Shown piece after piece: positions 51,404-60,706 of a stretch of DNA of 64,000 bases. The notes beneath the pieces were generated by a model, which worked only from the letters and a program-made list of their open reading frames with translations, was not told the DNA's origin and made no database searches. Position 1 is the stretch's first letter. Each line of letters opens with the position of its first letter. The position numbers were made by a program, and so were the translations under genes. Source of the DNA: Candidatus Pyrohabitans jungbluthii. GTDB lineage: Archaea > Hydrothermarchaeota > Hydrothermarchaeia > Hydrothermarchaeales > BMS3B. Location: positions 256,001-320,000 of the forward strand of contig MTMD02000008.1 of NCBI GenBank assembly GCA_002010065.2, written 5' to 3'.

Positions 51404-51650
51404 CCACCCCCACCTTCCTCTCGAGATAACGCAGCAGCGCATAGGCTAAGGAGAGAGAGAGCAGGAGAATCGCCAGGTCGTCGAGCTTATAATGGTAAAC
51501 CCACCTCCAGAAGCCCATAGCTTGAACTGCAGAATTCCAGAAAAACCACGACAGGGAAGCCTTTAGCACCAGACCTACAAAAACCACTCCAAGAAGGGCT
51601 AAAAGAGCAACAAAGGCTGCGTTGCTCCTCTTCACATCTCCAGCTTCCAT
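51393..51650 (-). CDS. Small membrane protein
   Basis: Two hydrophobic helices, overlapping its neighbours in the operon. Confidence 0.55.
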   Translation of the reverse strand: MEAGDVKRSNAAFVALLALLGVVFVGLVLKASLSWFFWNSAVQAMGFWRWVYHYKLDDLAILLLSLSLAYALLRYLERKVGVDGR

Positions 51651-52123
51651 ATCCTGTCGCCCACGTGGTGAAGGTTCTTCACACACTTACCTTTCTCCTT
51701 TTCCCCAAACTCCTCGCCGCTCCACAGCGCCTTGCCTATGGCTATGGGCTTGCGGTGCCTCTCCTCGAGCACCACTACTAGGTCCCCCTTCTCAATCTTC
51801 TCATCGTAGTCAATCACGCCGGGACGCATTATGTCCGCACCGTTAACCACATAGGGCACAGCGCCTGCGTCAACCACGACGTAGAGACGATCCACACCAA
51901 CTTCAAGCGCACCCTTCAACGTTGGAAAGTACCTGCCCTCCACTTCAAAAATTTTCGGCTCACCATTAATCAGAAAGAGGGTTATCCCCTCTTCTGTCTT
52001 TGCAACCTCCACCTTCGCCTTATCTCCGAGAAGCTTTGCAAACGATGGCGAAGCCTTGGAAAGCTCCTCCCTAAGAGCCCTCACAACCTTCTGCTTTGCG
52101 AAGTACCTCTCTTTAATCTTCAT
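51632..52123 (-). CDS. PUA-domain RNA-binding protein (Tma20/MCT-1-like)
   Basis: FPTL, VVVDAGAVPYV.NGADIM.PG, KGK.VKNLHHVGD. Confidence 0.9.
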   Translation of the reverse strand: MKIKERYFAKQKVVRALREELSKASPSFAKLLGDKAKVEVAKTEEGITLFLINGEPKIFEVEGRYFPTLKGALEVGVDRLYVVVDAGAVPYVVNGADIMRPGVIDYDEKIEKGDLVVVLEERHRKPIAIGKALWSGEEFGEKEKGKCVKNLHHVGDRIWKLEM

Positions 52124-52185
52124 CTCCCCTACTCCCCAAGGCTAACGCAGAAAATCTTTTTTAGCTACCCCGTGAAAAGAGCAGC

Positions 52186-52902
52186 ATGGCAGAGATACAG
52201 GACAAGGAGATGCCTCTTGAGGAGCACTTAGCTGAGCTCAGAAAGCGACTGCTCATCTCCCTGGCGGCGGTAGGTGTGCTCTCCGTTGTGGCTGCGCTCC
52301 TCTTTGGCAGGGGGTTAATAAGGCTGCTCATCTCCCACTTTCTACCCGCGGAGGTTAAGGTTATCGCCCTGAATCCGGTGGAATACGCCTATACGTGGTT
52401 CTTAATCTCCCTCTTCTTTGGAATATACCTGGCTCTGCCGATAATAATATACGAGATCTTCAGATTCGCTGAACCCGGGCTTTATCCCAACGAGAGGAGA
52501 TTTCTAATCAGGGTAGTGCCCACCTCCTTCATCCTCTTCACCCTAGGAGTGCTCTTCTCCTTCTTCCTCCTTACCCCTTTCTCAGCCAAGTTTCTGGTGA
52601 GCTATGCTGAGGCTACCGCTGAGCCTATGCTCTCGTTGCACCGCTTCGCGAGCTTCATAGGCTTCATGCTCATCAGCGCGGGCATAATCTTCCAAATACC
52701 TCTCATCGTAGCCTTTCTGGTTAAAAGTGAGCTTGTGAGCATGGAGCAGCTCAGAGACAAAAGGAAGTACGTGTACATCGCCTTTATCGCCATCTCCATG
52801 ACCCTCGCTCCAGACCCAACGCCTGTGACGCCACTGGTAATCGCGGGTACGCTTATTTTCATCTTCGAGCTAAGCTTGGTGCTCTCACGATACCTGCTTT
52901 AG
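52186..52902 (+). CDS. tatC: Twin-arginine translocase subunit TatC
   Basis: MPLEEHLAELRKRL, F..PGLY..ER, FQIP, PDP. Confidence 0.93.
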   Translation: MAEIQDKEMPLEEHLAELRKRLLISLAAVGVLSVVAALLFGRGLIRLLISHFLPAEVKVIALNPVEYAYTWFLISLFFGIYLALPIIIYEIFRFAEPGLYPNERRFLIRVVPTSFILFTLGVLFSFFLLTPFSAKFLVSYAEATAEPMLSLHRFASFIGFMLISAGIIFQIPLIVAFLVKSELVSMEQLRDKRKYVYIAFIAISMTLAPDPTPVTPLVIAGTLIFIFELSLVLSRYLL

Positions 52903-54161
52903 CGCCGTGAGAGGAGCACTATGTTCTCCACGTGTGGTGTGTGGGGAAACATATCAAAAGCCAAGAGCTTCACCAGCTCATAACCTTCGAGCTTCCTTAT
53001 GTCCTCTGCTTGGGTATAGGGGTTGCAGGACACATAGATTATAACCTCTGGGCTCAGCTTATTAAGCGCGGCTATAACCTTTGGGTGGAGACCTGCACGG
53101 GGCGGGTCAACTAGGATTGCGTCGAATCTTCCTTCCACCTTCGCCAGCGTTGCCTCAGCCTTTCCAGCGATAAAGCTGGCGTTGTTTATATCGTTCAGCT
53201 CTGCATTGAGCTTTGCCGCTTCAATCGCTGTCGCATCTTCCTCGATACCCACCACCTCGCTTGCCAAATCCACCAAAGCCAGGGAGAAGGTTCCCACACC
53301 GCAGTAAAGGTCGAGAAGCCTATCCACGCTTCCGAGCCAGGATTTAACGCACGCAAGAAGGCGCTCCGCCTGGTAGGGATTTGTCTGGAAGAAGGAGAAA
53401 GCTGGGATGCGGTAGGTTATTCCGCCGAGCCTTTCTTCAAGATACCCTTCTCCTGTGTGGGCGCGGATCTCACCAAAGGAAACATCCGCAAGCGAGTCGT
53501 TGACAGCCCACACAATGCTGTCGGCAAGCTCGCCAAGCGCTCCTGCATACTCCTCAACAGGAAACTCACCCTCTGTGGTCACAACGTTTATCAGCCTCTG
53601 CCCTGTGAACTTCCCCTCCCTCACCACGAGATAGCGCAGAAAACCTTTCTTTGCTAGGATGTCGTAAGCCTCAAGCTTTTTTTCCTGAAAGAACTTCCGC
53701 GAGAGGCGGAGAATCTCGTCGCTCTCTTTGGATAGGAGGAGGCAGCCCTCTGCGCTCTCCACCTCCGCAAAGCTGGAGTAGCGCCGCATGCCTATGGCCT
53801 CTCTGCTTATTGTGAAGTCCATGCGGTTTCTGTAATACCATATCTTTGGACTCGAGGTAATCCCCACCTCCTGCGCGAAGAGCTTTTCAACCACTCTCCT
53901 CTTAAACCTGAGCTGGGCTTCGTAGGCTAAGCCCTGCCACCTGCAGCTTCCGCAGCGAGAGAAGTGCTCACAGCGCGGCTCAACTCGAGCCTCGCTCGCC
54001 TCAATGACCTTCACCAGCCTTGCTCTGCCCCTCCCTATGGGCACAGCAAGAACCTTATCTCCAGGGTAGGCGTAGTCTACGCGATAACGTTTTCTCCCTA
54101 TCCTTCCCACACCTGCGCCGCGCTTATCCAAGGCAACAATCTCCAGCTCAAGCTCCCGCAT
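52899..54161 (-). CDS. rlmD: RlmD/RumA-family RNA m5U methyltransferase
   Basis: CEHFSRCGSC..Q, YRNRM, SFFQTN, LDLYCGVG, VDPPRAGL, YVSCNP, DMFPHTPHVE. Confidence 0.88.
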   Translation of the reverse strand: MRELELEIVALDKRGAGVGRIGRKRYRVDYAYPGDKVLAVPIGRGRARLVKVIEASEARVEPRCEHFSRCGSCRWQGLAYEAQLRFKRRVVEKLFAQEVGITSSPKIWYYRNRMDFTISREAIGMRRYSSFAEVESAEGCLLLSKESDEILRLSRKFFQEKKLEAYDILAKKGFLRYLVVREGKFTGQRLINVVTTEGEFPVEEYAGALGELADSIVWAVNDSLADVSFGEIRAHTGEGYLEERLGGITYRIPAFSFFQTNPYQAERLLACVKSWLGSVDRLLDLYCGVGTFSLALVDLASEVVGIEEDATAIEAAKLNAELNDINNASFIAGKAEATLAKVEGRFDAILVDPPRAGLHPKVIAALNKLSPEVIIYVSCNPYTQAEDIRKLEGYELVKLLAFDMFPHTPHVENIVLLSRR

Positions 54162-54281
54162 GCTACTGCCTCGTTTGCGGTAGGCTTAAAGTTTTTTGTA
54201 TATGAGAATCACCTGCTTAGGGGGAGTGTAGAGAAGGGTTCTTCCGAAACCCTTATTAGCCCGCGGTGAGAATCGCTAGCT

Positions 54282-54848
54282 ATGCAGGCTCAGGTTAAAA
54301 GGAAAACCAGAGAGACAGACATAACGGTACACTTAAAAATCAATGGCAGCGGCGAATACGAAATCTCCACCACCCTGCCCTTCTTTGACCACCTGCTTGC
54401 GAGCTTCGCAAAGCATGGCAGGTTTGACTTGAAGGTTAAAGCTCAGGGCGACCACGAGCATCACATTGTGGAGGACGTGGCTATAGTGCTTGGGCAGGCT
54501 TTCAGAGAGGCAGTGGGAAGCAAGGAAGGGATAAGGCGCTTTGGGCATGCAATTGTGCCCATGGATGATGTTCTTGTGCTGTGCGCCGTGGATATAAGTG
54601 GAAGAAGTTACTGTTCTAACGGCGTTAAGTTTCGCTACAAGCATGTGGAAGGTCTAAGCACTGAGCTTTTAGGCCACTTCCTCGAGAGCTTCTCCAATGA
54701 GTTCAGGATCAACCTGCACACGAAACTGCTTGACGGCAAAAATGAGCACCACAAGGCTGAAGCGCTATTTAAAGCTCTAGGCATGGCACTGAGCATGGCA
54801 CTTGAAAAGCGCGGCAAGGGCGTGCCCAGCACCAAAGGCGTGCTTTAA
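54282..54848 (+). CDS. hisB: Imidazoleglycerol-phosphate dehydratase
   Basis: RKTRETDI, FFDHLL, HHIVED, N.HH.AEA.FK, PSTKG. Confidence 0.96.
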   Translation: MQAQVKRKTRETDITVHLKINGSGEYEISTTLPFFDHLLASFAKHGRFDLKVKAQGDHEHHIVEDVAIVLGQAFREAVGSKEGIRRFGHAIVPMDDVLVLCAVDISGRSYCSNGVKFRYKHVEGLSTELLGHFLESFSNEFRINLHTKLLDGKNEHHKAEALFKALGMALSMALEKRGKGVPSTKGVL

Positions 54849-54924
54849 TGCTGCTTTCGACGGAGCAGAAAAGAGAGTCGAAAAGTTTAAATATGATTGA
54901 GACGAGTTCTAACTGGTGGTAGTG

Positions 54925-55263
54925 ATGGCAAAGACACTGAAAGTTGGAGATAAGGAGTTGGAGCTGGACGAGGACGGATTTCTGAAGGACCCAACCCAGT
55001 GGAACAAGGAAGTCGCCGAAGCCTTTGCTCGCGAGGAGGGCATTGAGCTCACCGATGAGCACTGGGAAATTATAAACTTCCTCAGGCAGTACTACGAGCA
55101 GTACCAGATAGCTCCCATGATTAGAATCCTTGTAAAAGAGGTGGGGAAGAAGCTCGGTCCCGAGAAGGGCAACCTCAAGTACGTTTACAAACTGTTCCCC
55201 AACGGTCCTGCAAAGCAGGCGTGCAAGATCGCCGGTCTGCCAAAGCCAACTGGCTGCGTGTAG
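54925..55263 (+). CDS. dsrC: DsrC sulfur-carrier protein (two-Cys form)
   Basis: DEDGFL, LTDEHW, LFP.GPAKQACKIAGLPKPTGCV (C-X10-C). Confidence 0.88.
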   Translation: MAKTLKVGDKELELDEDGFLKDPTQWNKEVAEAFAREEGIELTDEHWEIINFLRQYYEQYQIAPMIRILVKEVGKKLGPEKGNLKYVYKLFPNGPAKQACKIAGLPKPTGCV

Positions 55264-55333
55264 ACATCACGCCCGAAATTACTCGGGCATCTCCGCTAAT
55301 TTTATTTTTTGTTATTTTGAAAAATTTAAAAAA

Positions 55334-55615
55334 TCAGGGCTTTATTTCTTCTTTTGCCCTATCTGCCATTTCTTTAAGTCTCTTGGCTATACTTCTGGGC
55401 ACTATCTCATTATTTTCTGCAAGCACATCAGAAATCTCAGACGCTAGCAAAAAAACAGCATATTTATGCTCTGCTTTTGTTCTGTGGATGTGGTGGGGGC
55501 TTATGCCCAGCTCAGTGTACTCCCTGAAGTACTCCTTAGAGACACCATTCTCCACCAGGAATTTCATTAAATATATAAACAGCTGATGGAGGTAAATCAG
55601 CTCATCCTTATACAT
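55334..55615 (-). CDS. UPF0058-family protein
   Basis: M.KDELI.LH, Y..L.ISP.HIHRTK.EHKYAVF.L. Confidence 0.88.
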   Translation of the reverse strand: MYKDELIYLHQLFIYLMKFLVENGVSKEYFREYTELGISPHHIHRTKAEHKYAVFLLASEISDVLAENNEIVPRSIAKRLKEMADRAKEEIKP

Positions 55616-55687
55616 CTCACCACGCAAGTATGCTCATCGTTGAAGAATAAAAAGTTTACTGGTGGGCATAGCGCAGTGCTAAAAGCC

Positions 55688-56917
55688 TTACGCTATGCCC
55701 AGGTCATTTGCGGTGAGCAGGCGTATGTTCGCCGGCTTCTTTGTGAGGTTGCCCACCTTCGCTCCTACGAGGTACTCCACTTCCTTCTCTGCGGCTATTT
55801 CAACCAAGCGCTGGGTTATCACACCATCGAATATCACCACTGACACCACATCTTTTGAGTTCTTGAGCGCCATGGCGAGGTCTCTCACCGCCACCTCTTT
55901 TATTATGTTGGAATCCTGGTCGAGAAGGTAGGCCTTGAGGGTGCCCGATAGGTCGGTGAAGAACTTCTTGAAGGTCTCTAGCTTGCCGTCCTTCTCCACA
56001 GGCTTAGGAGCAGGCTTTTCCTCTGTCTTCTTCTGCCTCTGTGGCCTGCGGCTCAGGAAGGGCTTGGGCTCCTCCTTCTTCTTTATTGAGAGGTAGTCCA
56101 TCACCTGCTCCGCAGGCACCTTGTTGCGAAGCGCCTTGAATATCTCCTTCTTTGTCAGGTCCTCTACTTCCTTGCCGTCCGGAGCACGAGCAACGAAATC
56201 CACCTCTGCAACCTGCAGGAGTTCTCGCAGTATGAGCTCGCCTCCGCGGTCGCCATCCACGAATGCGGTGACGGTCTTCTTCTTGCTCAGATCGATGATC
56301 GTCTTGGGAACGCTGGTGCCTTCGACGGCTATTGCATTCTTAATGCCGTACTTGAGCAGGAGGAGCACGTCGGCTCTTCCCTCGACTACGATTATGGCAT
56401 CGCTCTCGTCGATGTTGGGGCCAGCCGGCAGCTTATCAGGACCATACTCCTGAATTTCCCTAAGCCTTATAGCCTCTTTGACCTCCTCGGTTATCTCCAC
56501 GCTGTCAGGGGTAATCTCCTCCACCATTGTAGCAAGAATTTCCTTGGCTCGTTCAATCACCTGACGACGCTTGCTAATCCTCACATCCTCTATGCTATCC
56601 ACCACAAGCTTCGCCTCACAGGGTCCAACACGATCTATGGTTTCGAGAGCTGCAGCGAGTATCGCTGTCTCAACCTTGTCCAGGCTGGAGGGAACCTTGA
56701 CTGTGCCTCTCGACTTACCACCCTTTGTCTCTATTTCGACCTCTATCCTGCCTATTCTGCCAGTCTTCTGGAGTTCCCTCAGATCAAGGTCATTCCCGAG
56801 TAAACCCTCAGTCTGACCAAAGATTGCCCCAACTACGTCGGGCTTCTCAACAACACCATTGGTTTCAATTCTCGCATGAATAACATACTTGGTGGTGCCC
56901 AAGTCAATCTTACCCAT
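55688..56917 (-). CDS. dnaG: Archaeal DnaG (exosome-associated, TOPRIM)
   Basis: [35 protein letters not shown]. Confidence 0.96.
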   Translation of the reverse strand: MGKIDLGTTKYVIHARIETNGVVEKPDVVGAIFGQTEGLLGNDLDLRELQKTGRIGRIEVEIETKGGKSRGTVKVPSSLDKVETAILAAALETIDRVGPCEAKLVVDSIEDVRISKRRQVIERAKEILATMVEEITPDSVEITEEVKEAIRLREIQEYGPDKLPAGPNIDESDAIIVVEGRADVLLLLKYGIKNAIAVEGTSVPKTIIDLSKKKTVTAFVDGDRGGELILRELLQVAEVDFVARAPDGKEVEDLTKKEIFKALRNKVPAEQVMDYLSIKKKEEPKPFLSRRPQRQKKTEEKPAPKPVEKDGKLETFKKFFTDLSGTLKAYLLDQDSNIIKEVAVRDLAMALKNSKDVVSVVIFDGVITQRLVEIAAEKEVEYLVGAKVGNLTKKPANIRLLTANDLGIA

Positions 56918-56937
56918 GGTAATGACCTCCTTTTAAC

Positions 56938-57093
56938 TCCCCAAAAAAGCAACTGCTCAGTTGGAAATCTCACTACCTCTCCCCAAACTTAGGCACAAAC
57001 TGTGGCAAATGAGCTATCAGGATGACATTTACCTTCATACTTCCATACCTTGGTGAGTAGTGAGATTCCAGTGAGCAATCACTTTTTTGGGGA
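56938..57093 (-). ncRNA. Putative structured 5' leader RNA of dnaG
   Basis: Long imperfect stem TCCCCAAAAAAGTGATTGCTCA-C-TGGAATCTCACTAC / GTAGTGAGATTTCCA-AC-TGAGCAGTTGCTTTTTTGGGGA, with G-U pairs valid only on the dnaG strand, plus inner stem GGTAAATG/CATTTGCC. Confidence 0.6.
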
Positions 57094-57374
57094 TTATTAC
57101 TACTAGTTCCAATTTTTAGTAACATCTGTAATTTTTAGAAAACAATGTTAAAATTTGTTTTAATATTTAAAAAGTTTTAACTTATGTTTATAAGAAATGT
57201 CTGCGGACTCACACATGAACAAAAGCGTTACATTTTTATATGTGAAGGTTGATAAACTTACTTGCCACCCTCCAAAAGCCCCAGGGCCTGTGTTACTACT
57301 TCCCCCACAGGCCCCTTATTTTAATAGTTAATTTTTTATTCTCAGCCCCCCAATTTTCTCTGGGTGTGTGTTTT

Positions 57375-57707
57375 ATGTTTCCAGGCAAAATCAACCCGAG
57401 GCAAATGAAGAAGATGATGAAGCAGCTAGGCATGGAGATGGAGGAGCTCGCAGCTAAGGAAGTGATTATCAAACTGGAGGATAGGGAGATTGTTATTGAG
57501 AACCCTTCCGTGAGTGTTGTAAAGGCGATGGGGCAGAAGACTTATCAGATAGTTGGGGAAGAGAGGGAGGTCCTCGCTATACCTGAGGAGGATGTGAAGC
57601 TAGTGGCTGAGCAGGCAGGCGTTAGCTTAGAGAAAGCCAGAGAGGCCCTGGAGAAAACTAAAGGCGACCTGGCTGAGGCGATAGTGCTCCTCACACAAGA
57701 AGGATGA
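57375..57707 (+). CDS. nac: Nascent polypeptide-associated complex protein
   Basis: [33 protein letters not shown]...GDLAEAI. Confidence 0.95.
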   Translation: MFPGKINPRQMKKMMKQLGMEMEELAAKEVIIKLEDREIVIENPSVSVVKAMGQKTYQIVGEEREVLAIPEEDVKLVAEQAGVSLEKAREALEKTKGDLAEAIVLLTQEG

Positions 57708-57717
57708 GCTGAATATC

Positions 57718-58119
57718 ATGGTGAGCGCTTCCCGCAATCTGGTGGAACTCTACAAAAATGCCGGAGAGGAGGAGCTTCTGGAGCTTTTCAGACGCAGGGT
57801 TACCTTTTACAGAGACCTCTTTCTTCTACTAACACTCTCATCCATAGCGGCGGCGCTGCTTGTGTTTCTGAGCTTCGGTTCCAGGGTGCTTATCCCCCTG
57901 CTGCTTCTGATTTTCCTGCCGGTTGCCGCATACTGGAGGTATCACCCCCGTATTATCTTGGAAGAGTTGGCTGCGCTGACGGAGGCAAAGGGGAAGCTTT
58001 CGCCCAGAAAACAGGAGGAGGAAGTTAAGGCCGCAAGCGTTGGCGTCGACCCCATGATGCTTCTAGGATACGAGGGCTACCTCCAGGCGTTGAGGGATAT
58101 GGTTAAGAGGAGGGAGTGA
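57718..58119 (+). CDS. Hypothetical two-TM membrane protein
   Basis: 133-aa ORF in operon with nac. Confidence 0.65.
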   Translation: MVSASRNLVELYKNAGEEELLELFRRRVTFYRDLFLLLTLSSIAAALLVFLSFGSRVLIPLLLLIFLPVAAYWRYHPRIILEELAALTEAKGKLSPRKQEEEVKAASVGVDPMMLLGYEGYLQALRDMVKRRE

Positions 58120-58120
58120 G

Positions 58121-58846
58121 TTGCCCGCGATAGGCGACGAGTATCACGAGTTTACAAAGCTCCGTCGTGGGTCACCGCCAAAGCAGCGATCGAAGTGGTG
58201 GTCACCGCCGGAGCTTTACAAGATTTATGAGGATGCGCCCCTCATAAAGCTCCCAGAGCCAGAGAAAAGCGGGGGGATGCCCATATGGGAGGCGATCGCA
58301 AAACGGCGCTCTCGCAGAGAGTATTCTGGCGAAGCGATAAGTGGTAAGGAGGTTTCCCAGCTTCTCTGGGCTACGCAGGGTATAACTGGCGAGATAGACG
58401 GCTACTACCTGCGCGCTGCACCGAGTGCTGGGGCGCTGTACCCGATAGAGACCTACCTGGTGGTAAACCACATAGATGGGCTGGAGCGAGGCATCTATCA
58501 CTATGCGGTGCTGCGGCACGCGCTTGAGCAGCTAAAAACTGGCGACTTCAGGCAGCGCATAGCGAGCGCGGCTTTAGAGCAGGAGTTTCTTGCTCGCGCG
58601 AGCGTGGTGTTTGTGTGGAGCGCTGTAGCGGCGAGGACCAAGTGGAAGTACGGTGAGCGGGGATGGAGGTATATTTACAAAGATGCGGCCCACGTATGCG
58701 CCAACCTTTACCTCGCTGCCACCGCTCTGGGGCTGGGGTGCTGCGCCGTGGGAGCGTGCTTCGACGACGAGGTGAATGAGCTTATAGGCTTAGACGGAAA
58801 GGAGGAGACCGTCGTATACTTGGCGGCGGTGGGTAAGCTTCTATAG
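58121..58846 (+). CDS. SagB/ThcOx-family nitroreductase-like dehydrogenase
   Basis: RRS.R.Y, LLWATQG, R.APSAGALYP.E.Y, KYG.RG.RY. Confidence 0.9.
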   Translation: MPAIGDEYHEFTKLRRGSPPKQRSKWWSPPELYKIYEDAPLIKLPEPEKSGGMPIWEAIAKRRSRREYSGEAISGKEVSQLLWATQGITGEIDGYYLRAAPSAGALYPIETYLVVNHIDGLERGIYHYAVLRHALEQLKTGDFRQRIASAALEQEFLARASVVFVWSAVAARTKWKYGERGWRYIYKDAAHVCANLYLAATALGLGCCAVGACFDDEVNELIGLDGKEETVVYLAAVGKLL

Positions 58847-58914
58847 CCTGGGCATGCAGGGCTTTCATAAATACTCACCTCAGCTAAAGCTATCTAAAAG
58901 GGTGGCAGGTTGAT

Positions 58915-60201
58915 ATGAAGGAAATTGAAGAAGAAAAACTCGGCTTAAAAGAGCTGGTTGCCATAGGTGTTGGGGGAATGATAGGAGGAGGTATCTTCTC
59001 AGTTATTGGCATCGCAGGCGAAATAGCAGGTAATGCCACGCCTTTTGTATTCGTTGTGGGTTCACTGGTGGCATTTTTCACCGGTTACAGCTATGTAAAG
59101 CTTGCACTGACTTTTAAGGAAGATGGGGCAAGCTACATCTACCTGAAGCACGCGTTTCCCGCTGAGCAGGAAATTGCCGGTTTCACGGGGTGGAGTGTAA
59201 TTACAGGGTATGTAGGTACCTTGGCTTTATATTCGTACACCTTCGGTGCCTATGGCGCGGCGATGCTAGGCTTTGAAAACAACTACGCCGTGAGAACCCT
59301 TCTGGGGCTGTTCATCCTCTCAGCGTTTCTGTACATCAATTTGAAAGGCGTAAAAAGCGCTGGAGAAAGCGAGGACATCCTAGTTTATCTCAAGATATTC
59401 ATACTTCTCATTTTTGGGGTTGTTGGGCTCTTCTTGGTTAATCCTGAGCACTTCAAACCCCTCTTTAACCATGGCATTCCTTCGGTATTCTTAGGAGGAG
59501 CAATAGTATTCGTTGCCTTTGAGGGCTTTCAGCTTATCACAAACTCTGTCGTAGAGGCGAGAGAGCCGGAGAAAAACCTGCCCCTGGGGGTTTACCTTTC
59601 AATCGGCATAGTTTCTGTGATTTACATTCTACTCGCAATTACAGTTATGGGGGTTTTGAGCTTTGAGGAGATTTTAAGGGCAAAGGAGTTCGCCGTGGCA
59701 GAGGCGATGAAGCCAATTTTTGGAGATTACGGCTTTGCAATCGTTTCTCTCGCGGCTCTGCTCGCAACGTCCTCTGCGATAAACAGCACTCTCTTCGGGG
59801 CGAGCAGGATGATGGCAGATATAGCGAGAGACAGGTACTTCCCACCCATTCTCGCTAGGAAAACAGAAACACTCATCCCAAAAAATGCTCTGCTGTTCTT
59901 ATTTATCCTCTCTGCCCTTTTCCTGATATTTGGCAGGCTTGAAGCGATAGTAGCCTTTTCAAGCATGACATTTCTACTTGTATCTCTTGCTGTTGCGATT
60001 GCAAACTTCAGGTTGAGGGGAGTTACCAACGCTAACCTTGGCATTGTGCTTGCTGCTATTGCTCTAATAACAACCACGATTGTCTTAATGATTATCTATC
60101 TTTTAAAACACGAAATAGACACTCTCCTTAAAATCCTGTTCATATACATCTCTGCGGCGACTGCTTTTGTTGTTTATAGAATAAAAATCGCACAAGCCTG
60201 A
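58915..60201 (+). CDS. APC-family amino-acid permease
   Basis: GVGGMIGGGIF, FVAFEGFQ, ~12 TM. Confidence 0.9.
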   Translation: MKEIEEEKLGLKELVAIGVGGMIGGGIFSVIGIAGEIAGNATPFVFVVGSLVAFFTGYSYVKLALTFKEDGASYIYLKHAFPAEQEIAGFTGWSVITGYVGTLALYSYTFGAYGAAMLGFENNYAVRTLLGLFILSAFLYINLKGVKSAGESEDILVYLKIFILLIFGVVGLFLVNPEHFKPLFNHGIPSVFLGGAIVFVAFEGFQLITNSVVEAREPEKNLPLGVYLSIGIVSVIYILLAITVMGVLSFEEILRAKEFAVAEAMKPIFGDYGFAIVSLAALLATSSAINSTLFGASRMMADIARDRYFPPILARKTETLIPKNALLFLFILSALFLIFGRLEAIVAFSSMTFLLVSLAVAIANFRLRGVTNANLGIVLAAIALITTTIVLMIIYLLKHEIDTLLKILFIYISAATAFVVYRIKIAQA

Positions 60202-60232
60202 ATGGAAAAGGTGTCCATGGACCCCTGCAATT

Positions 60233-60694
60233 TCAAGCCTCTTTCTTACCCTCGAGCAGGTGCTTTCCCACGTCGGGTGGTACAACCATCACAGGCACGG
60301 GAGAAATGCCTATCACTCGCTCCGCCACGCTACCGAGGAGAATCTTCTCTAACCCAGAGTGGCCATGGCTCCCCAGAATTATTAGGTCACAGTGGAGTCG
60401 CTTCGCGGCTTCAACGATTTTGAGGTAGGGCACACCCTCTTCAAGCAGTGTCTCGGCGTCTATGCCCTCAAGGTCGCAGTGCTCCTTCACCTCCTCCAGT
60501 ACCTTCTCTCCTTCATCCCTGTATCTCTTCTTCATGTCATGCCACAGCACCTCGACGTAGCCATGCACATTGGCAACGTGGATAATAGTGAGCTTTGCCC
60601 CCGTAGCCTTGGCGAGGCGCATGGCATAGCACACCGCTGCCTCGCTGAACTTTGAACCATCGGTGGCTACAAGAATATGGGAGTAGATCCCCAT
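60233..60694 (-). CDS. Universal stress protein
   Basis: ILVATDGS, DLIILGSHG...LLGSVAERV. Confidence 0.93.
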   Translation of the reverse strand: MGIYSHILVATDGSKFSEAAVCYAMRLAKATGAKLTIIHVANVHGYVEVLWHDMKKRYRDEGEKVLEEVKEHCDLEGIDAETLLEEGVPYLKIVEAAKRLHCDLIILGSHGHSGLEKILLGSVAERVIGISPVPVMVVPPDVGKHLLEGKKEA

Positions 60695-60706
60695 GCCTAT
60701 CACCCC

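Noticed and set aside
57115-57123. Phr half-site TTTAGTAAC upstream of the dnaG leader (also at ~4307)
   Set aside because: The second half of the palindrome is missing; compatible with chance in AT-rich DNA
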